In this document: positions 34,290 to 47,046 of the stretch, in pieces
Position numbering within the stretch: position 1 is the stretch's first letter
Layout of the letters: each line of letters starts with the position of its first letter
DNA from: Macrostomum hystrix
Taxonomy: Eukaryota; Animalia; Platyhelminthes
NCBI GenBank assembly: GCA_950097015.1
Contig: CATNEN010000001.1
Coordinates: 22,382,001 to 22,446,000 of the forward strand
Length of the DNA: 64,000 bases
Direction of reading: 5' to 3'
Position numbers and translations under genes: made by a program
Notes under the pieces: model-generated
What the model was told of the DNA's origin: nothing
The model's input: only the letters and a program-made list of their open reading frames with translations
Databases searched by the model: none

Positions 34290-35972
34290 TCATTTTTGAC
34301 GAGCTACCTTTTACCGACCCTAAGCGTTTTACCAAGGCCTTCAACAAGCAGTTCTTTGATCTAACTCACCCGGCCACCTCGAAAGACAGAAGCCAGACAC
34401 AAAGGGAAATCAGACACTCCCCCACCAGCGGCTTTCTGCTCACGTCCAGGGACGTCACGTTGGCCTTCAAAAGCTCCTCGCCGTCCAAAGCCACAGGCCC
34501 GGATGGCTTCTTCCCTATCGTCCTGAAGCACCTCGGCCCTTGGGGAATTGTCTTCATTTGCTGCCTTTTAAAACTGAGTCTTACCACCAGCATCATTGAT
34601 AGTTTTCACCACCACTATGCACCTGGACCTCGGGCAAGGTTGTGCCTCTCCTCAAAGCGGGCAAAGACGCCAGTCTCAGCTCGTCCTACAGGCCCATTTC
34701 CATCTTCCTCTTGCAGCAGGAAAAGTGCCTGCTGTCCACCTTTCAGAGTGCGCTTCCACTTCCCAGCTGGCAGCATGGCTTCCGTGCTGGGCACTCCACC
34801 GCCTCTGCCCTCACCAGTCTTACTACAAGTAGCTTCATAAGTAATGGCTACCATCAACCTAAACCTGCTGAGAGGACAGTGCTCGACGCGCTTGATCTGC
34901 AAAAAGCGTATGTCTGCGTACAGTATCTGTGTGCTTGTGTGCTCAGGAGTCAGCAAAATGGGCAGAATTGCCTCCTCGCTGGCTGCGGTTCTAGTGTCAC
35001 TAAATTATGTGCCACTGCCCACAGCCCTCCTGCAATTATTATTATTATTAAGCTCCTCTGGATGCTCTTTAACTCCAGCCTGCCGAAATGTCTCACCAGG
35101 TGGCTCATCTCACCAGTGCGTAACTCTGCGGTCGGAACACGAGAGTCCTCTTTCGTGGCTCGCTCTCCCCGGCAAGGCGTCTCAGAGCGGGCGTGCCTCA
35201 AGAGGGGTTCTGTCCCCGCTCCTCTTCGCCTTCTACATGAGTGACATCCCGGCTCCTCCTGTCAAGATCCAGCTCACAGCTCACAAGTCCTCCGCTAGAG
35301 CGAGCTCACGAGCTCAAACCATAAGTTCAACGCAGCTCTGACGATCTTCCTTTATGGAACTGCTGTCCCTACGGTTCACAACCCAAAGCTGCTTGGAGTC
35401 CATTTCGACCCGCTCCTGAAATTTCACCTGCACGCCGGCCATCACCGGTAGCATCAAAAGGAACAATAACATCCTGAAAGCCCTGTCTGGAAGCACCTGG
35501 GGACAAGATAAGGAGACTTTGCTCGTCACCAACAAAGCTATCTCCAGGGCCCACGTCAACTACTGCGCCCCTGTCTGGGCGCCTTACCTCAGCCCCACTC
35601 GCACCACCAGACCGCGCAGAACGCAGCGTTATCATTACCGGATGCCACAGCTGCTCGGGCACAGACCATCTCCATGACGAATGAACCATCCTGCCGGTGT
35701 CCTTCACTCCGAACTCCTGTCAGTGCAGTTCTGGGTGCAAGCGCTTCACCCGTGCCATCCGTGTCATCACCTCTCGCTCGATCCCGCATTCCGGCGGCAG
35801 CTTCGCTCGCCACTTACGCCACTAACTTCCTCAACGCGCACCAGCCGCTCCTCTGCCCTTCAGTGGGTCCGCTGATATAGAACATAGCCCAAGAACGCAG
35901 ATATAGCCCAAGGCCCTATTCGCCGAGCTCTTCCCCGGAGAAGGTACTGGCCCTGGCCCGCCGAGTCAAGGT

Positions 35973-35975
<3 letters not shown>
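34290..35975 (+). mobile_element. Degenerate LINE reverse transcriptase fragment (Jockey/I-like) interrupted by a SINE
   Basis: KATGPDG, SYRPIS, QHGFRAGHST, LDLQKAY, GVLSPLLFAFYMSD in shifting frames; followed by (CA)n at 35976-36010. Confidence 0.8.
34910..35050 (+). mobile_element. SINE family 1 3' fragment inserted in the LINE RT
   Basis: Matches 10120-10253 including the (ATT)n tail. Confidence 0.85.
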
Positions 35976-36013
<38 letters not shown>

Positions 36014-36417
36014 TGATTGAATACTTTTAAAAATACAGAAAACAAGAAAAGATAAATTCAATATTCGTCATTTATTAGCCGTGCAAATAAAAACATAGCA
36101 ATGCGCTTTACAAAGACAAAGTGAACGATAAACTTTGAAAAATATCTTACAAACATAAAGCATGTTAACATATCTCTTTGAAATGCAAATACGAGTACAA
36201 GCAAATCTTAATTGCCTTAATCAAGTACTACAGAACCGGGGTCACAAAGAGAATGTACTTTAAGACCTGTGGTTACAAAGAGAATGTACTTTAAGACCCG
36301 GGGTTACAAATGAAATGTACTTCAGACCCGGGGTCACAAAGAGAATTTACTTTAAGACCTGGGGTCAAAATTCTTCGGTACATCACGACCCGTGAAAAAC
36401 AATCCTCATGTGATGCT

Positions 36418-37814
36418 TCAATGCCCAGAGTCTGGCTGAGCAGCAACCGAATCTGCCGGGTCGGCCCACAGGAAAATGGCGTCGCCCATGGCGGTGAGGA
36501 CGCGGCATCGACTGGGATGCGCCGAGATCGACTGCACAACGCCAGCTGACACGGACTTGGTCCTGGCTGTTGCATCAGGCGGCTGATGCCGCAGCCTGCA
36601 TCGCAGGTCGCCGGTGATCAGGTCCCAGCAAAGCAGCTCTCCAGATGCGCCAGCAGAGCCGGACAGAACCAGCGAGTCGCCGGCTGTGACATCACAGTCG
36701 ACGCACAGATCGGCCACGGAGTGCCCGGAGTAGCTGGCCAGGAGGTCGCCAGTGTCCCGATCGATCAGTCGAAGCCGGGCATCTGAACAGCTGGCTAATA
36801 GGCAGCGGCCGTCCCTGGTGGCAGCCAGGCCGACGAGCCCCAACCGGCCCAGGTGATCCTCGCTCAGCTGGCCCTTCCTGGCGTCGTAGCAGCGCAGGCA
36901 GCCGTCCAGACTGGCTGTGTAGATGCGCCAGGACTGCACAGTCACAGACGTGACGGAGTCTCTGGCGTCTGTCAGCAGCTGCACAGGAGCCGAGGCCCGA
37001 CTGCGCAGATCCCACAGGCGGACGGTGCAGTCCACAGAGCCGCTGGCAAGCAGGGTGGCGTCCGGACTGAAGGCTAGGGCGCTGACGCGAGCGAGGTGGC
37101 TGCGGTATCTGGGCGCCGGATTTTGGAGTTGAGAGTGAGCTCAATGGCAAGCTTAATTGGTAGATATCTTGATGTCTATCTCTAAGATTGTTTGAGTATG
37201 GGCGGCTTTCAATGGAATAACAAAGGATTGAAAAAATCTCACACAAAATCTCATTGAGATTTTTTAAAATCTCACTGATAATCTCATAGAGAATCGAAAA
37301 CAATCTGCATGATATTATCATAGAGAATCGCAGACAATCTCACCAAGAATCTCATAGAGAATCGCAGACAATCTCACTGAGAATCTGATAGAGAATCGAA
37401 GACAGTCTCACTGAGAATCTCATAGAGAATCGCAGACAGTCTCACCAAGAATCTCATAGAGAATCACAGACAATCTCATTGAGAATCTCCTTGAGAATCT
37501 TTTAATGAATCGCTGGCCAACAATCCCAATTCTCACTTTCTCACAGCGGTGCCGCTGGCCGTATCCCAGTAGGCCACCATCTTGTCCTCGCCACCGCTAG
37601 CCAGGTTGGCATTGTCGCAGGCGCAGGCCACAGTTAGCACATCTTGGCCGTGGCCCAGATAAGATCTGAGCAGCAGAGATTTAGCCGGATTCCACAGCTT
37701 CAAGGATTTGTCAGCGCCCCCAGTCAGGCAGTAGTTGCCATCGGCGTTGAATCGAACGCACCTGACCGCGCCCTGGCCGCAAACTGTGCGACACTGCAGC
37801 TGCTCAGGCGCGGC
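36418..37814 (-). CDS. WDR83: WD repeat protein 83 (MORG1); exons 37814-37537 and 37108-36418; no genomic ATG at the 5' end
   Basis: CGQGAVRCVRFNADGNYCLTGGADKSLKLWNP, PVQLLTDARDSVTSV, RLIDRDTGDLLASYSGH and GVVQSISAHP match WDR83. The phase-2 GT-AG intron gives AVRK|YRSH. Confidence 0.93.
37225..37510. repeat. Degenerate minisatellite (GAGAATCTCATAGAGAATCGCAGACAATCTCAC)-like in the WDR83 intron
   Basis: Imperfect tandem array. Confidence 0.8.
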
Positions 37815-38444
37815 CTGAATTAGTTTTGTAAAAATTGTAAATTAGAACATTCGTTTTCGTTAGTACGCTACTGACAGTAGGCTAACTGAACATGTATGTA
37901 TTTTTTCTTAAAAAGTAAAAAAATAATGAAGTCCTGATAAACGCTTTAGTCCTAGTTTTTCTTACAATTTTATTCGCAGCTAAGCAGTCACGATGATTAA
38001 AAAACGGGAATAATATAAAAACGGGGCTTATTTATTTCTGCTAACAATAGAAAATCATCGCTACAATAATTGCATGCAGAACATAGCGTTAATAATAATG
38101 TTAGCAAGCAAGATTATTGATCATAAAATAAGGTCATTTGCTCATCATCAGAACAGTAGGAATTTTCATCTCTGTACAATTAGAATACTTCAACAAGGCA
38201 TCCAGCCTTAACAAACTTGCTATTGGGGAAGAAATAAACACTATTAGAAAACTAGGATAATAGCAAGAAATATGAAACCATGCTTGATGTCCATCTTGTC
38301 ATTTTTAAGAAAAAAACATTTCGAAGGTATTTAAATTTGGTATATTAAAGGTATATTGAAATAAATCGCTGCAGGTAGAAATATATCAGAATTAAAGAAA
38401 TGTAACTAGGTATATCAGGTACAGCGGAACTTTGTGCTGAGCTT

Positions 38445-40115
38445 TGAATGGATTGGGATCATAGCCATAACCTTAGAATGGATTGGGATCATGGCCATAA
38501 CCTTAGAATGGATTGGGGTCATAGCCATAACCTTAGAATGGATTGGGATCATGGCCATAACCTTAGAATGGATTGGGGTCATAGCCATAACCTTAGAATG
38601 GATTGGGATCATAGCCATAACCTTAGAATGGATTGGGGTCATAGCCATAACCTTAGAATGGATTGGGATCATGGCCATAACCTTAGAATACATTGGGATC
38701 ATGGCCATAACCTTAGAATGGATTGGGATCATGGCCATAACCTTAGAATGGATTGGGATCATAGCCATAACCTTAGAATGGATTGGGATCATAGCCATAA
38801 CCTTAGAATGGATTGGGATCATAGCCATAACCTTAGAAGGGATTGGGATCATAGCCATAACCTTAGAAGGGATTGGGATCATAGTTATGACCTCTGGTGG
38901 GATTGGGATAATAGTTATAACATCTGAAGGGATTAGGATCACAGTCATGACCTCTAAAAGGGATTGGGATCACAGTCACGACCTATAAAAGGGATTGGGA
39001 TCACAGTCATGACCTCTAAAAGGGATTGGGATCACAGTCATGACCTCTAAAAGGGATTGGGATCACAGTCACGACCTCTGAAGGGATTGGGATCATAGTC
39101 ATGACCTCTGAAGGGATTGGGATCACAGTCATGACCTCTGACGGGATTGGGATCATAGTCACGACCTCTGAAGGGATTGGGATCATAGTCACGACCTCTG
39201 AAGGGATTGGGATCATAGTCACGACCTCTGAAGGGATTGGGATCACAGTCACGACCTCTGATGGGATTGGGATCATAGTCACGACCTCTGAAGGGATTGG
39301 GATCACAGTCACGACCTCTGAAGGGATTGGGATCATAGTCACGACCTCTGAAGGGATTGGGATCATAGTCACGACCTCTGAAGGGATTGGGATCATAGTC
39401 ACGACCTCTGAAGGGATTGGGATCACAGTCACGACCTCTGATGGGATTGGGATCATAGTCACGACCTCTGAAGGGATTGGGATCACAGTCACGACCTCTG
39501 AAGGGATTGGGATCACAGTCATGACCTCTGACGGGATTGGGTTCATAGTCACGACCTCTGACGGGATTGGGATCACAGTCACGACCTCTGACGGGATTGG
39601 GATCATAGTCACGACCTCTGAAGGTATTGGGATCATAGTCACGACCTCTGACGGGATTGGGAACATAGTCACGACCTCTGAAGGGATTGGGATCATAGTC
39701 ACGACCTCTGAAGGGATTGGGATCATAGTCACGACCTCTGAAGGTATTGGGATCATAGTCACGACCTCTGACGGGATTGGGATCATAGTCACGACCTCTG
39801 AAGGGATTGGGATCATAGTCACGATCTATAAAAAGGGATTGGGATCATAGTCACGACCTCTGAAGGGATTGGGATCACAGTCACGACCTCTGAGGGGATT
39901 GGGATCACAGTCACGACCTCTGAAGGGATTGGGATCACAGTCACGACCTCTGAAGGGATTGGGATCACAGTCACGACCTCTGAAGGGATTGGGATCACAG
40001 TCACGACCTCTGAAGGGATTGGGATCACAGTCACGACCTCTGAAGGGATTGGGATCACAGTCACGACCTCTGAAGGGATTGGGATCATAGTCAAGACCTC
40101 TGACGGGATTGGGAT
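38445..40115. repeat. 30-bp minisatellite with two successive sub-types, ~55 copies
   Basis: TTAGAATGGATTGGGATCATAGCCATAACC (38445-38880) changes to CTCTGAAGGGATTGGGATCATAGTCACGAC (38900-40115). Confidence 0.95.
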
Positions 40116-40301
40116 TGAAATTATTGATATTACGAGTACAACCACAATTATAGATAATAATTAGTGATTAAAAGTACCCAAATCAATGAAATCTAAATAA
40201 ACAAACACACACAGTACACAAAGCGGAGGTCAAGTTCGATGCAAATTTGTTAAAATCTCTAGCGACGAAACTCAATAGCAAACTGTCAGCAAAGTGCTCA
40301 G

Positions 40302-43300
40302 CTACTGAGCAGCCATGGGTGGAGAGATGCGCCTCACGCCACTGACAGACTCGCTGCTGTTGCTGCTGATGCCGCCAGCCGAGTTGTCCGCGCTGACAGC
40401 CGCTCGCTTGGCGGCAACGGTTGCCAGGGCGACGGAGTTCTGGCTAGCAACGGCCCGATGCTGCGCCTGCAGGTACTGCTGTTCCTCAATTAGCATTCGC
40501 TGATGCCGCTGCAGTAAGGGCTCCTGGAGTCGGCAGTGGGCGTGATGCCTCAGGTAGTAGCCGGACCAGAAGCGCAGGAACTGGGCGGAGTGCTGCGGCT
40601 TCAGCACCTGTGGCGAGAATAGCCGTCAGGTTCATGCTGGTTCTGATATTAACACGAAAATCAAACAGGTTCTCGCCAGTTTTTTCTTTGAACGAAGCAG
40701 CGCAGACATTTTAGATTCTTATAGAACAATAAAAAAGCTGCCAGCAATCTACAATAAAGGAGGATTCCCCCAAAGTCATGGGGGATTCCCTCAAAATTCT
40801 AAGAGTTTTCTCCTAAAATCAAGAGTGATTTCTTCTAAAGTCTTGAGGGATTTCGTTTTAAAATCATGAGGGATTTCCTTCTAAAATCATGAGGGATTCC
40901 TTTCTAAAATCATGAGGGATTTCCTTCTAAAATCATGAGGGAATCCCTTCTAAAATCATGAGGGATTTCCTTCTAAAATCATGAGGGATTCCCTTCTAAA
41001 ATCATGAGGGATTCCCTTCTAAAATCATGAGGGATTCCCTTCTAAAATCATGAGGGATTTCCTACTAAAATCATGAGGGAATCCCTTCTAAAATCATGAG
41101 GGATTTCCTTCTAAAATCATGAGGGATTTCCTTCTAAAATCATGAGGGATTCCCTTCTAAAATCATCAGGGATTTCCTATTAAAATCATGAGTGATTTCC
41201 TTCTAAAATCATGAGGGATTCCCTTCTAAAATCATGAGGGATTCCCTTCTAAAATCATGAGGGATTCCCTTCTAAAATCATCAGGGATTTCCTATTGAAA
41301 TCATGAGGGATTTCCTACTAAAATCATGAGGGATTCCCTTCTAAAATCATGAGGGATTCCCTTCTAAAATCATGAGGGATTCCCTTCTAAAATCATGAGG
41401 GATTCCCTTCTAAAATCATCAGGGATTTCCTATTAAATTCATGAGGGATTTCCTACTAAAATCATGAGGGATTCCCTTCTAAAATCATGAGGGAATCCCT
41501 TCTAAAATCATGAGGGATTCCCTACTAAAATCATGAGGGAATCCCTTATAAATTCATGAGGGATTCCCTTCTAAAACCATGAGGGATTTCCTACTAAAAT
41601 CATGAGGGATTGGCCCCAAAGTCAAGGTATTTTCCCGTAAAATAATGAGTAAAATAATAACTGCTCAGTTCATGGACTGTGGGAGGCCACCACGCCCGCC
41701 AAGATTTCTACCCCAGCTGATGCTGGCAATTTTTTTACTGCTGGGTAAAGAAGGATGTGAATCGTGAAATTGACTGTCTTGCCTAATAAAACCGATTGTT
41801 TGGACCTTGGACTTGAGATTCGAACTCACGACCTCTCATGATCATAAGTCTTAAGCCAACAACACTGGTCTACGAAGCTTTAGAGCATTTAATCAATTAA
41901 AATTACTTCTTATATTTAGAATGATTGAGAACCCGTACACACACACATTGGAATTACCTGATACCGACCAGCAGCATAATGCGGATTAGTGTAATTAGTA
42001 ACCATGGAATTGACCAGAGACCACAGCGAGTGAGTCTTGGTTCTGATCTTCACTCGCTCCTGATCGCAATTGCCCAAGAAGGTGCCAAATCGATTGCTGT
42101 ACAGGTGTTCCATGATGGTAATGAGCAGGTGTTCATTGAACTCAAATGCGTTCGGGAACTGATGAGTGAGCTGCCACACGCATTCGATGAACTGCAAGAA
42201 CACTGGAGACCGTTCGCTGTCCGACGGATTATCCTCAAGGAAGCCGATGCGCTTGGCAAACTGGTGACCCATCGAGCACCTGTGCGGTTTCGCATAATTA
42301 ACTTGTGTTAATTATAATGTCTAGTAGAGGATCTACAGTTGTGAAAGGCTAACATTGGTAGCTATAGACAACTGTGACAAAATGTCAGGTAACCAATTTC
42401 AGGTACTTCAGTTGACTAAATCTACCAATTTCAGGTACTTCAGTTGACTAAATCAACCAATTTCAGGTACTTCAGTTGACTAAATCTACAAACTTCAGGT
42501 ACTTCAGTTGACTAAATCTACAAACTTCAGGTACTTCAGTTGACTAAAGCTACCAATTTCAGGTACTTCAGTTGACTATAGCTACCAATTTCAGGTACTT
42601 CAGTTGACTAAATCTACCAATTTCAGGTACTTCAGTTGACTATAGCTACCAATTTCAGGTACTTCAGTTGACTAAATCTACCAATTTCAGGTACTTCAGT
42701 TGACTAAATCTACAAACTTCAGGTACTTCAGTTGACTAAATCTACAAACTTCAGGTACTTCAGTTGACTATAGCTACCAATTTCAGGTACTTCAGTTGAC
42801 TAAAGCTACCAATTTCAGGTACTTCAGTTGACTATAGCTACCAATTTCAGGTACTTCAGTTGACTAAATCTACAAACTTCAGGTACTTCAGTTGACTAAA
42901 TCAACCAATTTCAGGTACATCAGATGACTATAGCTACCAATTTCAGGTACTTCAGTTGAATATAGCTACCAATTTCAGGTACATCAGATGACTATAGCTA
43001 CCAATTTCAGGTACTTCAGTTGACTAAATCTACCAATTTCAGGTACATCAGATGACTACCAACTTCAATACACTCCAGTTGGCTATTAAAGCTAAAATGC
43101 TCTGTTTAAAATTTGCTATCAAACACAGTCTACATTGCCGTAGAGTCAAAAGTGAGCAGCTGTTCTCATAGCTCACCACTCTTTCTCAATGAGCGCTTCA
43201 AAGCCGCGTACAGTCCTGTAGTACGGATCAAGGCAGAGCATGGACAGCGAGGTGAGTTGAGCAGTTCGGTCCCAGCCATCTGAGCAGTGCACCAGCACTG

Positions 43301-44513
43301 AGTACTTCTCTGAGCCAACCTTGTGCACAATGTACACCACTCCAACTAGAATCTGGCGAATGTGGCCCAGCCATTGGGTGTTCTCAAGGCAGCTGAGAAA
43401 CTTCACCGACTCAAGCGCTGGCCAGCAGATTTCGCGCAGCTTGCGCAATGACTCGCGCATCACGTGAATGTTTTGAATGTCAACAAAGGCCACCTCGACT
43501 GTGTTGTTGTAGTCCGCCACCGCCTCGTAGCCGCCGCCTTTGCCTCGATTGGCCACAGCGTTGGTCTTCGGCCGGGCGTCGATAATGCACAGAGAAGTTG
43601 TCTGGCCATTGTTGTTGAGTATCTTGGCCAGAAAGCGCTCGTCCTCTTGACAGCGCTTCCCGGCTAGACCCACCATGGGCTGGGAGCATCGCGTGATGGA
43701 GGCCCGGGTGTCCCTGTCCAGCCAGCTCAGCACGGGCACGCGGCTGCGGCTCCTGTAGGCCGCGCACTTGCGCAGATCTTCATCAGTGATCTCGGTGGGA
43801 ATGGCGAACAGTTGGGGATAGGTGGAACAAAGACTATAGTCTCTGTTTAACTCGCACACCTTCCACACCGAACCAGCAGTCCGGATGCCCAATCGCTCGA
43901 ACTCCAGCATGGGATTGTAGACATCCCAGCCCTGCTCAGTCAGCTGGGGCATGGCTTTCCAATAGTCTATGGCAAACAGTATCAGGCTGGAACTGCCCAG
44001 ACTGGAGCCCGGGCGAAAGGTGAGCCGCTGCAGAGCCTCAAAGATATTGTGCCTGGAATTGTTCTGCGTAGGCGCCTTGCTCAGCTGCAGCCGCAGCGAG
44101 AAGAAATCCTTGCACGTCACCTCGATGCCGTACTTATCGCCTCGGCTATTAGCGCCGCCGAATTTCTCCAGCTTGCTGATGCTGCCCAGCGCAATGTCCA
44201 CCGTCTCCTGTGGAGAATTGGCCGAAGCGAAGTGCAAACGGTAGTTGGTGAGCAGCAGGCTGCCCTGGATGGCTCGCTCGTTCAACGGCTCCACCTTGGA
44301 CACGTACTGCTCACTCTCTTTGATTACGATATGCTCAGTCTCGCCTGGTAGCAGATCAACATCGGGAAACTGGCCGGCACCGCTGTTGGCTCCGCTGGCA
44401 CCGCCACCGCCTCTACCAGAGGGCCCTAAACTGGACAATGAGGATTCGGACCTAGCAGAAGGTGTGCCAGCCCTACCTGTGCCAGCCTGCTCAGCTGCAG
44501 CTTGGCTGGACAT
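40302..44513 (-). CDS. MTMR2: Myotubularin-related phosphoinositide 3-phosphatase (MTM1/MTMR1/2 clade); exons 44513-43177, 42279-41958, 40607-40302; ~654 aa
   Basis: PH-GRAM (LLPGE..., LTNYRLHF), [30 protein letters not shown], active site [34 protein letters not shown]. Junctions keep the frame (EKEW|CSMGHQF). Confidence 0.95.
40855..41610. repeat. 23-bp minisatellite (AAAATCATGAGGGATTCCCTTCT)n, myotubularin intron 2
   Basis: Tandem array. Confidence 0.95.
41660..41875 (-). mobile_element. tRNA-derived SINE family 2, degenerate copy
   Basis: Reverse strand reads GACTTATGATC..GAGGTCGTGAGTTCGAATCTC; plus strand CAGTTCATGGAC matches the family motif at 59260 and 60445. Confidence 0.6.
42390..43060. 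repeat. 32-bp minisatellite (AATTTCAGGTACTTCAGTTGACTAAATCTACC)n, myotubularin intron 1
   Basis: Tandem array. Confidence 0.95.
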
Positions 44514-46122
44514 TATGCAACTGCAATAGTGGGACAGAGTAACATCACTTAGCTTACATATAGAGGTATATTTGTATGCGTGAATTATTTGTAACTTAGA
44601 TTTTATCAACAGGTTCTTACAAAACTGAAGATATATTTTCTAGTGTATATTTCTAAGAAGACAATAATTATCCATAATAATTATTACAATTGATTTATGG
44701 TACAATTCCTATTAAATGGTTTTATAGTATTTTTTTATTTTAATGCATCTATTTTAATGCATTCTCAAAGGTCCAAAAAAGATATTGAAGTGATTTAAAC
44801 ACTATTTTTGTTTCTTAGTATTAACTGTACACTTCAGTGTTAAAATGGTTGGTATATATCTTTACCTTGTTTGAATAGGATATATCAGATTAAAAAATGG
44901 TAGAAAAGAGTTCACTACATATTCTAAATATCATAGTAAAATAGGCTTAAGACAAGGAGTGAACTAATTTACTGAAATGAAATGAAATTTGTCTGCCTTT
45001 ATTTTATAAGTTTTTTCATTCTTGTAACACACAAATGTAGGGTGCTGATCTATATTAGACAAAATACAGGTAAGCTTTGATCATAGGTGCCCAATGGCAA
45101 AAGACCTGTATAAATATATACTTTTAGAGTGTATAGCCAGTGTAGGATTCCCTTTGCAATGACCCTAAGTTTTCTAATTGGGTGTTGCCTTACCAAGAAA
45201 ATGGATTGGAACATCTGCTATAATAATGTAATCAGCATAGAAAAGAAAACACTTTTTCATTTTTAAATAGCTACAAATTCTTAACAAAGAAACATAATTT
45301 GATGCAGACTAGAATTTCAGTTTTTAAAGATCTTCTGGCACATGCACAGCATGGCACAGTATACTGTAGATAAAAAAATTGACCCACTATATCTAACTCA
45401 GTCACAGTGGGTAGGCCAATTAATGCATTTCTGAAGCACAAAATAATTTCTGGGGATGCTACTGGCACACAAAGCATGATCACAACTATGGGCTTACAGA
45501 CTTAAGTAAAAATTGCTTAGGCCTACAATTAATATAAATAGAATTAGAATAGTAACTGAGGCCACCTTGCTTAAGTGACGATATGAATATCAGCACTTTG
45601 TCTGATTCCAAGTTTACAGAGTTCTGTAAACATTCGATAACTTTTTACTCTTGACTGTTAAAATTCGAGGACTTTTATACCTTAAGCTTCAATATCTTAT
45701 GTCTATGCGGTTCTTCTTGTCAACTATTTAACGCATTAAGCATTCTTTTTTGGCAATGTGGTTTAAAGTCTTAAAATTAAATAAGCCTACACAAATCGAT
45801 TTTTACTTAATAATATTCGAGTGGGCCCTATTGAGATGGGAATAACAGACTAAAGTGAAAAACGAAGTTAAATAAAGGACGATTTATTTTAAAAAACTGT
45901 GTCAGTTTTTATATAAGGCAGGTATATTTTCGAGTTTAGAGCAATTAAATTTTTGAAGGAATCATTTTGATAGGAAATTAAGAAGAACAATCAAACAAAA
46001 AGCTTAAGTAAAACTCTTTAAAGGAAAACTCTTTTTGGTTTTCAACTTGATTTGGTATACTTTTACGAGAAACATACTAGTTCGATTAAACAAAATGTTT
46101 CTGTTATAATCTGTTTTATTGC

Positions 46123-47046
46123 CTAGTTTAAAAAACCGAAACCGAAGTCCAAACCGAACGGCAGAGACCCGATAACTCGGTTCTGCATATCAGTTAAAAC
46201 AATCATTACCTTGTACTCAGGAACCTTTTCAGCTGAGTCACTTTGTAAGTAACGCGCCACTGACACGAAGACAATTGGCTGAGGAAGCAAGCGGCCTGTC
46301 GGAGTTTGCTGCGATGTCACGATGCAATCGGAGTCGTCGAGGACAAAGCCGCACGTGTTGTTGCATACAACCAAGCATTTCGGCTCACCGTCCAACTCAA
46401 CATGCTGCTCAGTGCTCTGTACTCCGACACGTTCCTTATTGTCCTGTGTGACGTCAAGATTTTAAATCTGAACTCTAGCCAAGCACATCTCAGTCTCTAT
46501 GCACACCTTCAGGTCGCTGATCCTCAAGTTTACGTCCGGAAGGATGGCCATTTTCGAATCCGCAGCTTCCTCACCTTGGCAAACCAGTTTCGAGCTCAGC
46601 TTTAGCGTCTCGAGAGACCGTCTCATGTTTTCATTGACAGTGAAGGCCTCCCTGAGCTTACCTGTATCTTTTGCTGTCTTCAGCTCCTTCTCAAAGAGTT
46701 CTAGCTCGGAAAGCACTTGCAGCGAGTCCAACAGGTCGTCATTGTGCTTGCTGATGGCAGCGTTGAGTTCCGCCTGCACCTTGTCCAAGGTCTCTCTTAT
46801 CTTATCTCTTATCTCAAATGTGTCACCCAGCAGTTGCAGGTTCGATGCCAGTCTCTGCTGCATCAGCCGTAGCGGCTTCTGACATCGTTTAAGTCGGGCA
46901 ATCTTTTCAGCACCGAAAACTTGGGAATTTTCACACTGGAGAATTTCATGTTCAAGGTGGTGCCTGCAAAGTGGCTGGCAAGTGATAGCGGATACACCTT
47001 CAGCTGAGCCGCTGCAGAATCTCACAGAGCACTTGGTTGCTTCCAT
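46123..47046 (-). pseudogene. Uncharacterised family member 5, frameshifted (~46465) and truncated
   Basis: MEATKCSVRFC...CQPLCRHHL...MQQRLASNL, continuing in another frame as LDGEPKCLVVCNNTCGF...LPQPIVFVSV; lacks the C-terminal third. Confidence 0.75.
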
